From: an uncultured Verrucomicrobiae bacterium
GTDB lineage: Bacteria > Verrucomicrobiota > Verrucomicrobiia > Limisphaerales > Palsa-1400
Assembly: GCA_963707025.1 (NCBI GenBank)
Contig: CAVPOM010000018.1
Span: forward strand, 512,001-576,000
Direction: 5' to 3'
DNA length: 64,000 nt
Position numbers and translations under genes: made by a program. Below the pieces are notes generated by a model. That model ran no database searches and had not been told where the DNA came from. It saw nothing but the letters and a program-made list of their open reading frames with translations. This document shows, in pieces, positions 8,658 to 18,598 of this stretch (position 1 is the first letter of the stretch; every line of letters begins with the position of its first letter).

Positions 8658-10400
8658 CTACCGGGCCGTGTCATCCCAAACCCAATCGTCCTCCGAGTGG
8701 GGCTTGCCGCCGTCGTCTTTTTCATTCCAGCCGATTGAGTAAAGAAGAAATTGGCCGTCCTCGGTGCGGTGATAATGCAGCGGCTGGCCGCCGATGAGGT
8801 CAGCGGGGATTTTGTCGAGGAACTGCGGGACCAGCGCGTCGAGGGTGTCGGGATAAGAATTGCGCGCCAGGCGGTAACGTTCCAGGGCGCAGGCGATCAG
8901 CGCTTCATGGACCTCCGTTTGAACCTTGGCGTTGCTGCGAAAGGTCCCGTTGAATCGGCGCATGGAGCTGATCGCCATGAAATTATACGGCGATGCATGA
9001 GAACCGGTCATCATGCCGGCGGCATCCACTTTTTTCGGAAACACCTTTTGGCCGGAGGAGTCCGTGCTTTCGCTGAAGGCCTCGTAGCCGTTGGCGAGTT
9101 GGACCATGTTCTGACGGACCCAGCCGCGAGGGATCAAATGGCCGACGACGGATGATTTCAAATGTGTCCAGGCATTGGTTTCCTCAATAAAGTGCCTGAG
9201 GACTGAATCCCCCAGCTCGGACGGCGTTATATTGTCATAATAATGAGAGATGCGGGCCTGCCCATTCAGGAAGGCTAGCCTCAAGTCTGACACGAAGTTG
9301 ATTTTCTTGAGTTGTTCCTGCAAAGCCGCCAGTTGCGGCTCCCGCCAGGCATGCCACCGCAGACCGTCGGCTATGACGCTCGTGTTAATTGCCGTCACCG
9401 TCTCATGTATCAACGTCACCAGCAAACCCCATTGGTTGCGTGGCAGGCTTTCCAGAAGACGGCACAGATCCTGGCTGAGAGTCAGATCGCGCAACGCTTC
9501 CTCCGGCTGGCCCAGCAACAAATGACATTGGGCCAGCCCTCCCAGCACGCGCGCGAGATGTGACATGTGAAGGAAGGCCGGGTCGAAATCGGCCTTGGGA
9601 TTTTGATAATCGCCCACCATCCGGGCGTAAGGACGCTGCAAGGCCTGGCGCATCGCCGCGAACTGCGGTTCCAGGACGGCAATCCGGGCAAGGAGTTCGG
9701 CGGCTGAACCCGGCACTTCCATCGTCACTGTGTAGGAACCGTTGCCGGCGGGTTCAATCCTCGCATTTTCCTCCTCGTACAAGTTAACGGCTCCATCGGA
9801 ATGGAAGCCGTTGGTCAGGAATTGCTCCAATTCCTGTGCCGACGGGGTTATTGGGCACTGCAACAGGATTTTGGCAGGTTGAATCTCCTCTGGCCGCCGC
9901 AATAAATGGGGAAATGTCCAGGGATCGTTGAAATATGTCCCGACCGCATCTTCGATCAGCTTCGCCACTTCGGCTTTGGCTTTCGGATCTCCATAGGAGA
10001 GCACCGTGAAACCGGCCGGGGAATCGGAGCCCGGCTGGCTAAAGGCCACTTCAGCCACGACGATGCGGGTGGACGGGTGGTTTGTATCCCCGGCCTCAGA
10101 TAGGTCCGCTATGTCCTCTAATCTCGCGCTCAAAACCGTGGGGCCTTTTCCCAAGAACCACTGCTGCATTTCCGGCACGGCCAGGACATTTTGATCATCC
10201 GGCACCGGCGCGGGAATGTCTTCCGCCCAATCCATCTTGATGCCTTTGGCCGCCAAGGCGCGCTTGCAATTCTCCCACGCCCGTTTGCCGCGCCAGCTTT
10301 CCTCGGTGTAAAAAGTCGCGACCAATGTCAAGAATACGGCGACGCCAATCAGGCAGCGCCGCAGAATGCGCCAACGTTTCGTTTGAGAAGAGGTCATCAT
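8658..10400 (-). CDS. Hypothetical membrane-anchored protein, third gene of the ECF triad, with pseudopilin-G-like C-terminal segment
   Basis: N-terminal TM then EESWRGKRAWE. C-terminal ACALERYRLA..YPDTLDALVPQFL..P.D...GQPLHY..LYSIGWN..DDGG. Confidence 0.8.
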   Translation of the reverse strand: MMTSSQTKRWRILRRCLIGVAVFLTLVATFYTEESWRGKRAWENCKRALAAKGIKMDWAEDIPAPVPDDQNVLAVPEMQQWFLGKGPTVLSARLEDIADLSEAGDTNHPSTRIVVAEVAFSQPGSDSPAGFTVLSYGDPKAKAEVAKLIEDAVGTYFNDPWTFPHLLRRPEEIQPAKILLQCPITPSAQELEQFLTNGFHSDGAVNLYEEENARIEPAGNGSYTVTMEVPGSAAELLARIAVLEPQFAAMRQALQRPYARMVGDYQNPKADFDPAFLHMSHLARVLGGLAQCHLLLGQPEEALRDLTLSQDLCRLLESLPRNQWGLLVTLIHETVTAINTSVIADGLRWHAWREPQLAALQEQLKKINFVSDLRLAFLNGQARISHYYDNITPSELGDSVLRHFIEETNAWTHLKSSVVGHLIPRGWVRQNMVQLANGYEAFSESTDSSGQKVFPKKVDAAGMMTGSHASPYNFMAISSMRRFNGTFRSNAKVQTEVHEALIACALERYRLARNSYPDTLDALVPQFLDKIPADLIGGQPLHYHRTEDGQFLLYSIGWNEKDDGGKPHSEDDWVWDDTAR

Positions 10401-10412
10401 AATGCTTCAATA

Positions 10413-10495
10413 TGGAGTGCGGGAGCTTGCTCCCGCTTTCAGATCGCGCACGATTTGCGGGAAGCAAAGCCGTGCCGACCCGTCGGCACACTCCA
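10413..10495. repeat. GGAGTGC..CACTCC REP-like element
   Basis: tggagtgcgggagcttgctcccgctttc ... gtgccgacccgtcggcacactcca; two internal hairpins with terminal inverted repeats. Confidence 0.7.
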
Positions 10496-10528
10496 GAAAG
10501 TCATCGCTTTCATTTAGAGCGGATACGC

Positions 10529-11113
10529 TCATACAATTTGCCAGTCCTGTTTCCGTTCGCTGCGCGGACGGGGAGTGTTGGGCGGCGCGGCGGGAGCTTT
10601 GACCGGAGCAAAAACGGCGCCCGGCTGCGTCAGTTCCGCCAGGATGCGGGTTTGTTCCTCCCACGACTGCATTATCTCCGAAGCGGCAGAAGAACGGCCG
10701 CCGGCCAACTGCACCGCATGGTCCGACAACCGCGCGTTGACCGCCAGCAGCACCAGCCAGAGCGCGGCCAGGCCAACCCAGGCGCGGCGGCACGGCCAGA
10801 TCAGTTCGCGCCAGACGTTGCGCCGGATATTTTTCAGCAGAGGTTCGCGCCGGCCCGTGATGACACCGGACGCCTGCACGGCCCCGGCCCAGCGATGCCG
10901 CATGGCTTGAGTCGCCTCGATTTGCGCGAAATTTTTCTCCCAGCCGGCCAGCGGCGCGGCGAGAGCCTTGATCTCGCTGTAATAATTCCGGCAGCCGGAA
11001 CAGCCGGCGAGGTGCTGTTCCAATTCAGGCCGCTCTTGTTCGGGCAAGGCCCCGGCCGCAAGCAGGCAAATCTCCCGGCGGCGGCGGCGGCATGGATTGC
11101 AAAACCATTTCAT
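10529..11113 (-). CDS. zf-HC2 (ZAS) anti-sigma factor, single TM
   Basis: HLAGCSGC zinc motif, TM AWVGLAALWLVLLAV, 4-nt overlap with the sigma gene. Confidence 0.88.
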   Translation of the reverse strand: MKWFCNPCRRRRREICLLAAGALPEQERPELEQHLAGCSGCRNYYSEIKALAAPLAGWEKNFAQIEATQAMRHRWAGAVQASGVITGRREPLLKNIRRNVWRELIWPCRRAWVGLAALWLVLLAVNARLSDHAVQLAGGRSSAASEIMQSWEEQTRILAELTQPGAVFAPVKAPAAPPNTPRPRSERKQDWQIV

Positions 11114-11733
11114 ATCTGTTGATCCCCTTTCATGTCAGGCAGGTTCATTTTCATTTGGTGCAGTTTTTCCAAGGCATGATGCAGGCGGGATTTGACCGTT
11201 CCCACCGGGCAGCCCAGCACCTGCGCCATGTCCGGCAGGGAGGCGTCCTCGAAGAAACGAAGGAGGATGACGCGGCGATGCTTCTCCGGCAGCCGGTCAA
11301 CGCACTGGCGCAGCCCGGCGGAAAATTCATTTTGCACCGCGTTTTCCGACGGGGAAGGCTCCGGGGAAGGCAGATTCTCGTGCCGCGCAGCCAGCTTCTG
11401 CCGCTCCAAGGCCGGCAGCCAGGCCAGCGCCAGCGGCCGGGCATGGGCGCGCCGCGCCCATTTTTGCCGGCGATGCAGCAGAATGGCGTAGAGCCAGGTG
11501 GAAGACCGGCAGCTCTCATCATAGCGGGACAGGCTTTTCCAGGCTTCCACCAGGGTTTCGCAGACCAGGTCCTCCGCCACGCTGACATCGCCCGCCATGG
11601 CGGCGGCCTGGCGCAGCAGGCGGGCTTGCAGAGGCCCGGTCAAACGACAAAACGCCTCCCCATCCCCGGCGCGCGCGCGCTGGAGAATTTCGCCGGATGC
11701 GGCTGCCTCTGTCCCTTCGTCGGTGATGACCAT
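11110..11733 (-). CDS. ECF RNA polymerase sigma-70 factor
   Basis: GDGEAF, AEDLVCET, STWLYAI (region 2); LPEKHRRVILLRFF..GTVKSRLHHA (region 4). Confidence 0.95.
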   Translation of the reverse strand: MVITDEGTEAAASGEILQRARAGDGEAFCRLTGPLQARLLRQAAAMAGDVSVAEDLVCETLVEAWKSLSRYDESCRSSTWLYAILLHRRQKWARRAHARPLALAWLPALERQKLAARHENLPSPEPSPSENAVQNEFSAGLRQCVDRLPEKHRRVILLRFFEDASLPDMAQVLGCPVGTVKSRLHHALEKLHQMKMNLPDMKGDQQI

Positions 11734-12011
11734 CCATGTATCAATCCCCTGGGCGCGGGGAAAGGTTCAAGATTTTCTTATTTCGCGCCGCGCGGGAAAG
11801 AGGGTTCCAACGAGGGTCGAAAATAAGTCGAAAATAAGGCTTGCTTTGTTGGGCGGATGGGCGCATGTTGCGCGGCACTCTGAATTGCTTGCCACTTCTT
11901 CAAGTTGGGGTGGAGCGTCGTTTGAACCCGGTTTGCCTGGTAAAAATGATGATTTGCAACCTGAAAACCGTGAACAGTCCGCAAGCAGCAAATAATCTTG
12001 TAGCAACAACT

Positions 12012-12248
12012 ATGTCATTGACGAACACGGCGGGCGCCGAACAGGCCATTGAACTGGAAGGAACGATTCAAACCGTTCTGCCCGGCACCATGTTCCGCGT
12101 CTTGTTGGACAACCAGCACCAGGTGCTGGCCCATATCTCCGGCAAGATGCGGCGCCATTTCGTGCGCCTGACCGTCGGCGACCGCGTGCGCATGGAGATG
12201 TCGCCTTATGACTTGTCCAAAGCGCGCATTACCTACAGGCTCCGTTAA
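12012..12248 (+). CDS. infA: Translation initiation factor IF-1
   Basis: [46 protein letters not shown]. Confidence 0.97.
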   Translation: MSLTNTAGAEQAIELEGTIQTVLPGTMFRVLLDNQHQVLAHISGKMRRHFVRLTVGDRVRMEMSPYDLSKARITYRLR

Positions 12249-12274
12249 ATCGCAACCCACAACCCCGAAACGTT

Positions 12275-12883
12275 TTGTTCTATTTATTCTTGCACTGGTC
12301 GGCCATCGGTTTTATCGGCGGCATTGTTGCTTCTTCATTTTTTGAGTGGACGCTCCATCGCTACGTCATGCACCGCCCGGTGGGCAAATTCACCTACCCC
12401 TACCGCAGCCACACCCTGACGCATCATCGCATTTTCAAATCCGACCACACCTATCATCTCATTGATGAAAAGGACAAATACACCATTCCCATGGCCTGGT
12501 GGAACGGCCCAACCCTGATCGCCGCGGCCCTGCTGCCTTTTCTCCTGGCCTCCCTCCTCACCGGCCAGTGGGGGATTCTCTGCGGTGGGGCGCTGGCCAT
12601 CAGCACCTATTACGGGGCCTACGAATACATGCATTGGTGCATGCATCTGCCCCGCAAGCGCGACCTGGAGCGTTCCGGGATTTTCTTCCGCCTCAACGGC
12701 CATCATTTGCTGCATCACCGCTACATGGGCAAAAATTTCAATGTCGTTCTTCCGCTGGCCGATTTGTTCCTGGGCACTTTGCTGCTCCGTTCCAAGGTGC
12801 ATTTCAAGCAGGCGGTGGGTCCGTCGGTCCCCAACGTCCAGCCCAAGTTCCCCAAAGTCGGCCTCGCCGCCCCCAAGCCTTAA
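12275..12883 (+). CDS. Fatty acid hydroxylase/sterol desaturase superfamily protein
   Basis: His boxes LHRYVMH, HTLTHH, MHWCMH, HHLLHH and TM segments. Confidence 0.85.
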   Translation: MFYLFLHWSAIGFIGGIVASSFFEWTLHRYVMHRPVGKFTYPYRSHTLTHHRIFKSDHTYHLIDEKDKYTIPMAWWNGPTLIAAALLPFLLASLLTGQWGILCGGALAISTYYGAYEYMHWCMHLPRKRDLERSGIFFRLNGHHLLHHRYMGKNFNVVLPLADLFLGTLLLRSKVHFKQAVGPSVPNVQPKFPKVGLAAPKP

Positions 12884-13635
12884 GGCAAAAGTTTTGTCCG
12901 CCATTTCTCCACGGCGTCGGCGCGGGTGCCCGCGTCGCTCCACGGGTCTATGCCAAACGCGTCGCCCAGTTGCAGCCGCAGCGCGTTGGCGGCCTGGATG
13001 CGCACGGCCAGCCGCGCATCGTTCAAACCGTCCAGCAATGCCGCGGGCTGACGCGAGGCCACTGTGCGCAATCGTTCCGCCGCCGATCGAACCAGCGGCT
13101 CATCGCGCCCGGCGCAAAGGTCAAAAAGTTGCGCCGCGCCTTGCCGCAGCGCGCCGGCGTTGGTGGAAGCGAGAAGCTCATCCGCCTCCGCCAGCTTTTT
13201 CTGGAAAACCTCGCGGCGCAGCAGGGACTCCCTTGCTCCGGCGACGCCATTGCTGAGCCATTGCAGAAATTCTCCAGCCTCCTGGAAACCGGTGGCCCGC
13301 CGCACTTCCTCGCCGGCGGCCGAAAACATGACAAACGCCGGCACGGCCTCGATGCCGTGCTGGGCCGCCATCTCCGGCTGCTCATCAATATCAATGGCGG
13401 CGCGCGCCATGTTGGAAAGCGTCATCTGGACCGCCGGATCGGACAGCGTTTCGCGGGACATCATTTTGCACGGACCGCACCAACTGGCGGTGAAAAAAAA
13501 CAGCGCCGGTTTTTGTTCTGCTCCCGCCTCGGCCAGCGCCGCGGTGTAATTGGTGCTCCAGCCGCCCGGTATTTCCGCCCGGGCCGCCAGGGCGGCGCCC
13601 AGGAGCAAACACAGGATGGCTGAATTTTTCTTCAT
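12880..13635 (-). CDS. Exported thioredoxin-family protein with C-terminal HEAT-like helical domain
   Basis: Signal peptide MKKNSAILCLLLGAALAARA, FTASWCGPC, cis-Pro AVP, C-terminal LLDGLND..VRIQAANAL. Confidence 0.88.
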   Translation of the reverse strand: MKKNSAILCLLLGAALAARAEIPGGWSTNYTAALAEAGAEQKPALFFFTASWCGPCKMMSRETLSDPAVQMTLSNMARAAIDIDEQPEMAAQHGIEAVPAFVMFSAAGEEVRRATGFQEAGEFLQWLSNGVAGARESLLRREVFQKKLAEADELLASTNAGALRQGAAQLFDLCAGRDEPLVRSAAERLRTVASRQPAALLDGLNDARLAVRIQAANALRLQLGDAFGIDPWSDAGTRADAVEKWRTKLLP

Positions 13636-15020
13636 TACAGCGCGGCGGGCGAGGCCGGCTCCTTTCCATGCTTGACAACGGGCCACATTTGGTCCCAGGC
13701 GAAGGGCCGGCTGAACTCCCCGTAATGGCAGCGGATGCAGTCGCCGGCGCCCAGGGGCCGGAAGGTAAAATTGACCGCGGGGTCGCCCGCGCGCTGGCGC
13801 ACATGCAGGCTGCCGGGGCCGTGGCAACTTTCGCAACCCACCTCCACCAGCCGGGCCGCCCCAAACTCGCGGCGATACCCCGAAGCCGTCCCGAAGCCAA
13901 TCGTGTGACATCCGATGCACTTGGGATCGGCCTCCGCCTTGCGCCCCGTCAGCGTGGCGAAGGCGCGCGCGTGCGCCGAGCTATTCCACACCGCCGCCGC
14001 GCCCGGATGGCAGGCCAGGCATTGTTCGGTGCCGGCATATCCCGCCACTGTCCGCACGCCCGGAACCGCGTCCGCGTCCAGATTATTCGGATCGTCCACC
14101 GCCAGGCGCGTCTGATGAATTTCGTCGCGATAACTCTGCATCAGTTCGCGCAAGGAAGGGTCCTGCGCGATTTTGTCGTGCAGCAAACGGATTTCATTTC
14201 CGGTCACCGTCAGCGGCGCGCCTTTGGCCAGCCGCAGCCGGAGAATTCCCAGGGCGCGGGATTCGTTGGTCACGAAATAAACCAGGCTCCGGTTTTCCTT
14301 TTGCAGTTGCTGGGCGGGCTGGGAGACTTTGCCGCCGAGAATGACCTGGCACTCGTAAAATTCCCCGGCCAGCCGCGCCAGGGTGGCTTCGTCGGCAAAG
14401 GCCAGCAACACAATCAAATCCGCCTTGCCGCGCAGTTCTCCCAGGCATCGTTCCACCGCCGCCTCCATGCTGCCCACCCGCAATCCCGCGCCGGGATTCT
14501 CGGCCGCGCGGGGGTCCAGGACGCCGATGATCGCCACACGCCAGGCCCCGCGCTGCACCAGGCGATACGATTCAAAAACCGGCTGGCCGCTGCCTTGGTC
14601 GAGCAGGTTGGCGCTGATGATCGGCGCCGGCGAATTTTTTTTGATCTCACGGAGCTGCGCGGCGGTGAACTGCGCCTCCCGCCCGCCGAGGTTGAGCGCG
14701 TCGTAGTGCATGGCCGCGAAGGCCCGCAGCACATAGCGATACTCGATCACATCGTAATCCTCATGTCCGCCGATGGCGTCGCCCACATCCACATGCAGGG
14801 CCGGGCCGGAGGCCTCGGCCTCCAGCACGGTTTTGAGCCGGGTCAATCCGCCGAACTGGCCGGCAAAACAGCCGCACGGCTCCAGCCGGCCGCGCGTGTC
14901 ACAAGTGAAGTAAACCGGCAGGTCCAGCGCCGGCGGCGGCGGCCTTTTGCCGCAACTGCCGGCGAGCAAAAGCAAACCCAGCAGGGCGCCTTCAATACAA
15001 CGCCGCATAGGTGAAAACAT
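13635..15020 (-). CDS. Lipoprotein: UshA/5'-nucleotidase-like domain with PCGC motif fused to a tetraheme cytochrome c554-like domain
   Basis: Lipobox LAGSC; TCDTRG-RLEPCGC..GGL; VDVGD; four CxxCH motifs (CLACH, CIGCH, CESCH, CIRCH). Confidence 0.85.
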   Translation of the reverse strand: MFSPMRRCIEGALLGLLLLAGSCGKRPPPPALDLPVYFTCDTRGRLEPCGCFAGQFGGLTRLKTVLEAEASGPALHVDVGDAIGGHEDYDVIEYRYVLRAFAAMHYDALNLGGREAQFTAAQLREIKKNSPAPIISANLLDQGSGQPVFESYRLVQRGAWRVAIIGVLDPRAAENPGAGLRVGSMEAAVERCLGELRGKADLIVLLAFADEATLARLAGEFYECQVILGGKVSQPAQQLQKENRSLVYFVTNESRALGILRLRLAKGAPLTVTGNEIRLLHDKIAQDPSLRELMQSYRDEIHQTRLAVDDPNNLDADAVPGVRTVAGYAGTEQCLACHPGAAAVWNSSAHARAFATLTGRKAEADPKCIGCHTIGFGTASGYRREFGAARLVEVGCESCHGPGSLHVRQRAGDPAVNFTFRPLGAGDCIRCHYGEFSRPFAWDQMWPVVKHGKEPASPAAL

Positions 15021-15702
15021 TGACGTTCACGCGCGCCGGATTTTCGATTTCGTCGCCCCCGCAGCAGCAGCACCCGCTGGCGTGCTGCACGTCGTTCAGC
15101 CCCTCCTTGGAATAAACCAGCACCAGCCGTCCGTTGATCTCCAAGCCTTCCAACGCGGCCGCCTTGCCGTGTTTCTCCACCAGGCGGGGGATTGGATTGA
15201 CGATGGAAAAAATCGGATGCGTCATCGGGATTTTCTGGAGCGGATTTTCCGGGAAACACACTTTGATCTCCTGGCGGAAGGATTTGTCCCATTTCTCGTC
15301 CGAGCATCCCGGACTGACCAGCAGAAATCCTCCTTGCGTGAGGTACTTGCGCAGTTGCCGGCGTTCCTTTTGCGGGAGCGAAAAAGTCTCGTTGCCCGAC
15401 ATGACGCAGAACGGGTAATCGAAGAGCGCCTCCGCGTCCAGGCGCACCGGGCAGAATTTCTTGTTGACTCTCAGGTTGGTCTGCGCCGCCACGTCCGTGA
15501 GAAAATTGTCCGCGAAGCAAACCGAGCTTTGGCTGCCCGCGTAGATCAAATTGCCGCATTGCAGCAGCGTCAGATCGGAATGAACCGGCGTGGCCGTGGC
15601 CACCCGGGCGGGCTGGCTGAAAGAAGAAAGGGCCAGAACGCACAGCGCCAGGCCGGCGCCGCGGACGCGGAAATATTTTCCGGAATCAATTTTGCTTTTC
15701 AT
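14992..15702 (-). CDS. DUF4159 domain protein with a CCCC motif
   Basis: LFDYPFCVMSG..F..ERRQLRKYLTQGGFLL, IPMTHPIF, LEGLEINGRLVLVYS, GCCCCGG. Signal-peptide-like N-terminus. Confidence 0.82.
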   Translation of the reverse strand: MKSKIDSGKYFRVRGAGLALCVLALSSFSQPARVATATPVHSDLTLLQCGNLIYAGSQSSVCFADNFLTDVAAQTNLRVNKKFCPVRLDAEALFDYPFCVMSGNETFSLPQKERRQLRKYLTQGGFLLVSPGCSDEKWDKSFRQEIKVCFPENPLQKIPMTHPIFSIVNPIPRLVEKHGKAAALEGLEINGRLVLVYSKEGLNDVQHASGCCCCGGDEIENPARVNVNVFTYAALY

Positions 15703-18598
15703 GGGCGGGATTCTCCTTTCTCGTGGTGATGGCCTTGAAATAGTTTTCCACCACATCGTTGTATTCCTCAATCACCGTTTCCGACGAAACGGCGGCGGAC
15801 TGGCGGTTGACCGGATGCAGCCCGTTCATCGCGCCGGCTTGCTCGATTTCAGCCTTGCCGTTGCCCGCCAAGGCGCCGGCGCCCTGCCCGAGTCGGCTGG
15901 ACTGGCGGGAAGCTTTGCTGCCGTCGCGCGGCCGGGATTCATTGCCGAGCACCTTCAAGGCCGGGCCCTCCGTCATCGCGTAACCGGACGCGCCCGCCGC
16001 GCCCTCTCCCTGGCCGCCGGCTCGCCCGCGGCCCGTCCCAAAACCGAATTTGCGGCTGCGCGACATTTGCGCGAAATTGCGGTTCGGATTCAGCCGCTGC
16101 AATTTCAAAAAACTGTCCAGCTCGCTGCTCGAAGGACAGTTGCCGCTCTGGCACTCGCTGAACATCTTTTCCATTTCGCCGCGCAGGCCGGCCAGCTCGG
16201 AAGATTGTTCTCCGCTGCCCGCCAGCATCTGGCCGGTCGCCTGTTGCGCCAGCGGTTCCAGGCGGCGCGCGCCGATTTGATCCGCCAGATCGCGCCCGCT
16301 TTGGGCCGCCTTCGGGAAAAGTTTTTCCGCGGCCCTGGCATCCTCGCGCAACCGGCTCTGCAACTGGCCGAGCGCGTCCGCCACCTCCTTTTCCGTCGCC
16401 GCCAGTTCCTTCAAGGCCAGTTGGTCTTCGCGGCTTAACTGCCCGGGCCGGTTGTAGGCGCCGGATTGCCCGGCCAAATCCTGTTGCGCCCGGTAAAGCG
16501 ATCCAAACAAGTTGAAATCATTGATCAACTCCTGCATCTGGTCCATCTGGTCCAGCGTCTGCACGGTTTCCTTTTCGTTTTCCTCATGCGCCCCGCTCAG
16601 GCGCGCGACCTGTTCGTCGGAAGCCTTTTTCAAGCCCTCCAGCATGTCCGGCGACAACCGGCGCGCGCCGCCCGGCGGCGAGCTGCGCTGGGCGATCTCG
16701 CGCACGGCCGCCTCATTGGTCCGCGTGCTCCCCCGGATGGCGTCCGCCTGCCGGCGCAGCGCTTCCTGCAAATCCTTTTCCACATCATACAGCGGGTCTT
16801 CGCGCACGAAATGATCCATGCGCCCGGCTTGCTGGTTGAGCTTCTGGTTCAACTCGTTTTGCTGCGCGGTGATCTTGTCCAGTTGCTGCGGGAGCTCCTC
16901 GCCTGGTTTGCCGCCGGTTTTGGCCAGTTGCTCGTTAAGCTGTTGGGTTTCTTCGCCCAGTTGTTTTTGCTGCTCGATCAGGGCCTGCAAATCGTCGTTC
17001 AGTTCGGCGTATTTGGCCTCGGCGTCGGCGATGTCGCTTTGTTCGCGCAGAAAATCATTGTAATCCTCCACGCTGATGACCTGCAGGCGGACCGTCTGGC
17101 TGCGGGCCAGATGCGGCTGCGGCGCGTTGTCCAGCGCCTCCGCAAAGAGCGAAATCACATCCCCGGCCTGCAGGCCAAGCTCGCTGAAATTGAAATCAAA
17201 CGTTTCCCGGCTGTCGCGCACGATGTTGGTGTACCCATAAATTCTGGGCGCGGAAAAAACGCCGTTCAGGCCGCGCTGTAGGCGGACTTCGCGCAGGCCG
17301 TAATCGTCGCTCGCTTCAATCTGCGCCTGCAGCTTGAAGTCCATCGCCACCAGCGCGTCCTGCTCCGGATTGGCCAGATGCACCTCCGGCGGCAAATCAT
17401 GCGTCACGGTCAGCGCCCCTTCCCAATCGCCCTGCGACGCCAGCCCCGCCGCGTCCGTCACCGAAAAACGCATCCGGCCCGATTCGCCCGCCAGGAACGC
17501 GCCGCTCACTTCCTTGTCCCCGGATTTTATCAGCGCGATGCGTTGCGGCGCCTGGGGGCCCGTGGTCAGTTCCAGCACCCCTTCGCGCAAAGGACGGTTG
17601 GATTGCAGGCGGAATCTGATCTCGCCGCCTTCCAGCGCCTGCATGCTTTTGAAGGCGTAAGGTTTCTCCTCCGGCTTGAGGCCGGTGTAGGCCGGCGGCG
17701 CGATCCGGACCAACATCCTTTCCAACTGCGGCGTCAACACCACCCCCACGCGCACCTGCCTGGATTCGCTGACGTGGTCCTTGGTGTGCGCGAAGACCAG
17801 CAGTTCGCGGTGGATGTTGTCGAGCAACTGATCGTAGCCCGCGCCGCTCTTGTCAAACATCGGCAGCGTCACCGCCTCCTCGCGATGCCCCGGCGGAAAG
17901 GCCGTGAGAAAAACCTCCTTCGGCTGGTGGCCGGCCGCCTTGACCTTCACGACCAGCCCCTTGTCGTAGGGCACGTTGGTTCCCGCCGGCCCCGGCTGCA
18001 CGATCTGCAAATGGGTGAACGAATAGGGCGGATGATCGCCATACGGATCGGCGAAACGCGCGATCTCCGTCGCCGAAACCCGGAAGACCAGCGCCAGCCC
18101 CGCGGTGAAGCCCAGCGCCGCCCAGGCGGCGCGCTTGAACTGGCGGCCCAATTCATCCGTGCGCGCCAGCGCCTCCACCGGCCGGCCGCGCAGCTCGGCG
18201 GCGTAATTTTCCACCGCCTGCCCCGCCAGTTGGCGCGTCAGCGGCCCGAGCGCGGCATCGTTGCTTTGCCCGCTGAGTTGCAGGAGGTTGATCAGGCGCG
18301 AGCCGAGCGCCGCGTCGCGCGTTTCCAGAAACCGCGCGGTGTGCTCGAGTGAATTCCGCCGCACAAAAGCCAGATGCCAGCCAAAACCCGCCAGCGCGCA
18401 AACCCCGGCGATCAGGCCCAGCAAAATGCCGAGCCGCCAGCCCGCCTGGAGATGAAAAATGACATCGAGGATGAAAGCCGCCAGCACGGCCGCACAAGCG
18501 TATTTCACGCTGCCGAGCAACAATTCCCCCCCCGCTTCCTTTTGATGCTCGCGGTCGGCTGCGGCCAGGCGCTCCAGGATGTTTGCCGTGTTCAGCAT
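15686..18598 (-). CDS. DUF4175-like large membrane-anchored coiled-coil protein
   Basis: Real start MLNTANIL. N-terminal TMs, SRLINLLQL, PPAYTGL, D.PPEV, ASDDYGL, Gln/Glu-rich coiled coil, C-terminal YNDVVENYFKAI. Confidence 0.82.
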   Translation of the reverse strand: MLNTANILERLAAADREHQKEAGGELLLGSVKYACAAVLAAFILDVIFHLQAGWRLGILLGLIAGVCALAGFGWHLAFVRRNSLEHTARFLETRDAALGSRLINLLQLSGQSNDAALGPLTRQLAGQAVENYAAELRGRPVEALARTDELGRQFKRAAWAALGFTAGLALVFRVSATEIARFADPYGDHPPYSFTHLQIVQPGPAGTNVPYDKGLVVKVKAAGHQPKEVFLTAFPPGHREEAVTLPMFDKSGAGYDQLLDNIHRELLVFAHTKDHVSESRQVRVGVVLTPQLERMLVRIAPPAYTGLKPEEKPYAFKSMQALEGGEIRFRLQSNRPLREGVLELTTGPQAPQRIALIKSGDKEVSGAFLAGESGRMRFSVTDAAGLASQGDWEGALTVTHDLPPEVHLANPEQDALVAMDFKLQAQIEASDDYGLREVRLQRGLNGVFSAPRIYGYTNIVRDSRETFDFNFSELGLQAGDVISLFAEALDNAPQPHLARSQTVRLQVISVEDYNDFLREQSDIADAEAKYAELNDDLQALIEQQKQLGEETQQLNEQLAKTGGKPGEELPQQLDKITAQQNELNQKLNQQAGRMDHFVREDPLYDVEKDLQEALRRQADAIRGSTRTNEAAVREIAQRSSPPGGARRLSPDMLEGLKKASDEQVARLSGAHEENEKETVQTLDQMDQMQELINDFNLFGSLYRAQQDLAGQSGAYNRPGQLSREDQLALKELAATEKEVADALGQLQSRLREDARAAEKLFPKAAQSGRDLADQIGARRLEPLAQQATGQMLAGSGEQSSELAGLRGEMEKMFSECQSGNCPSSSELDSFLKLQRLNPNRNFAQMSRSRKFGFGTGRGRAGGQGEGAAGASGYAMTEGPALKVLGNESRPRDGSKASRQSSRLGQGAGALAGNGKAEIEQAGAMNGLHPVNRQSAAVSSETVIEEYNDVVENYFKAITTRKENPAHEKQN

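Noticed and set aside
14868..14885. Selenocysteine recoding in the PCGC motif
   Set aside because: Both positions are ordinary Cys codons (TGC, TGT); no in-frame TGA.
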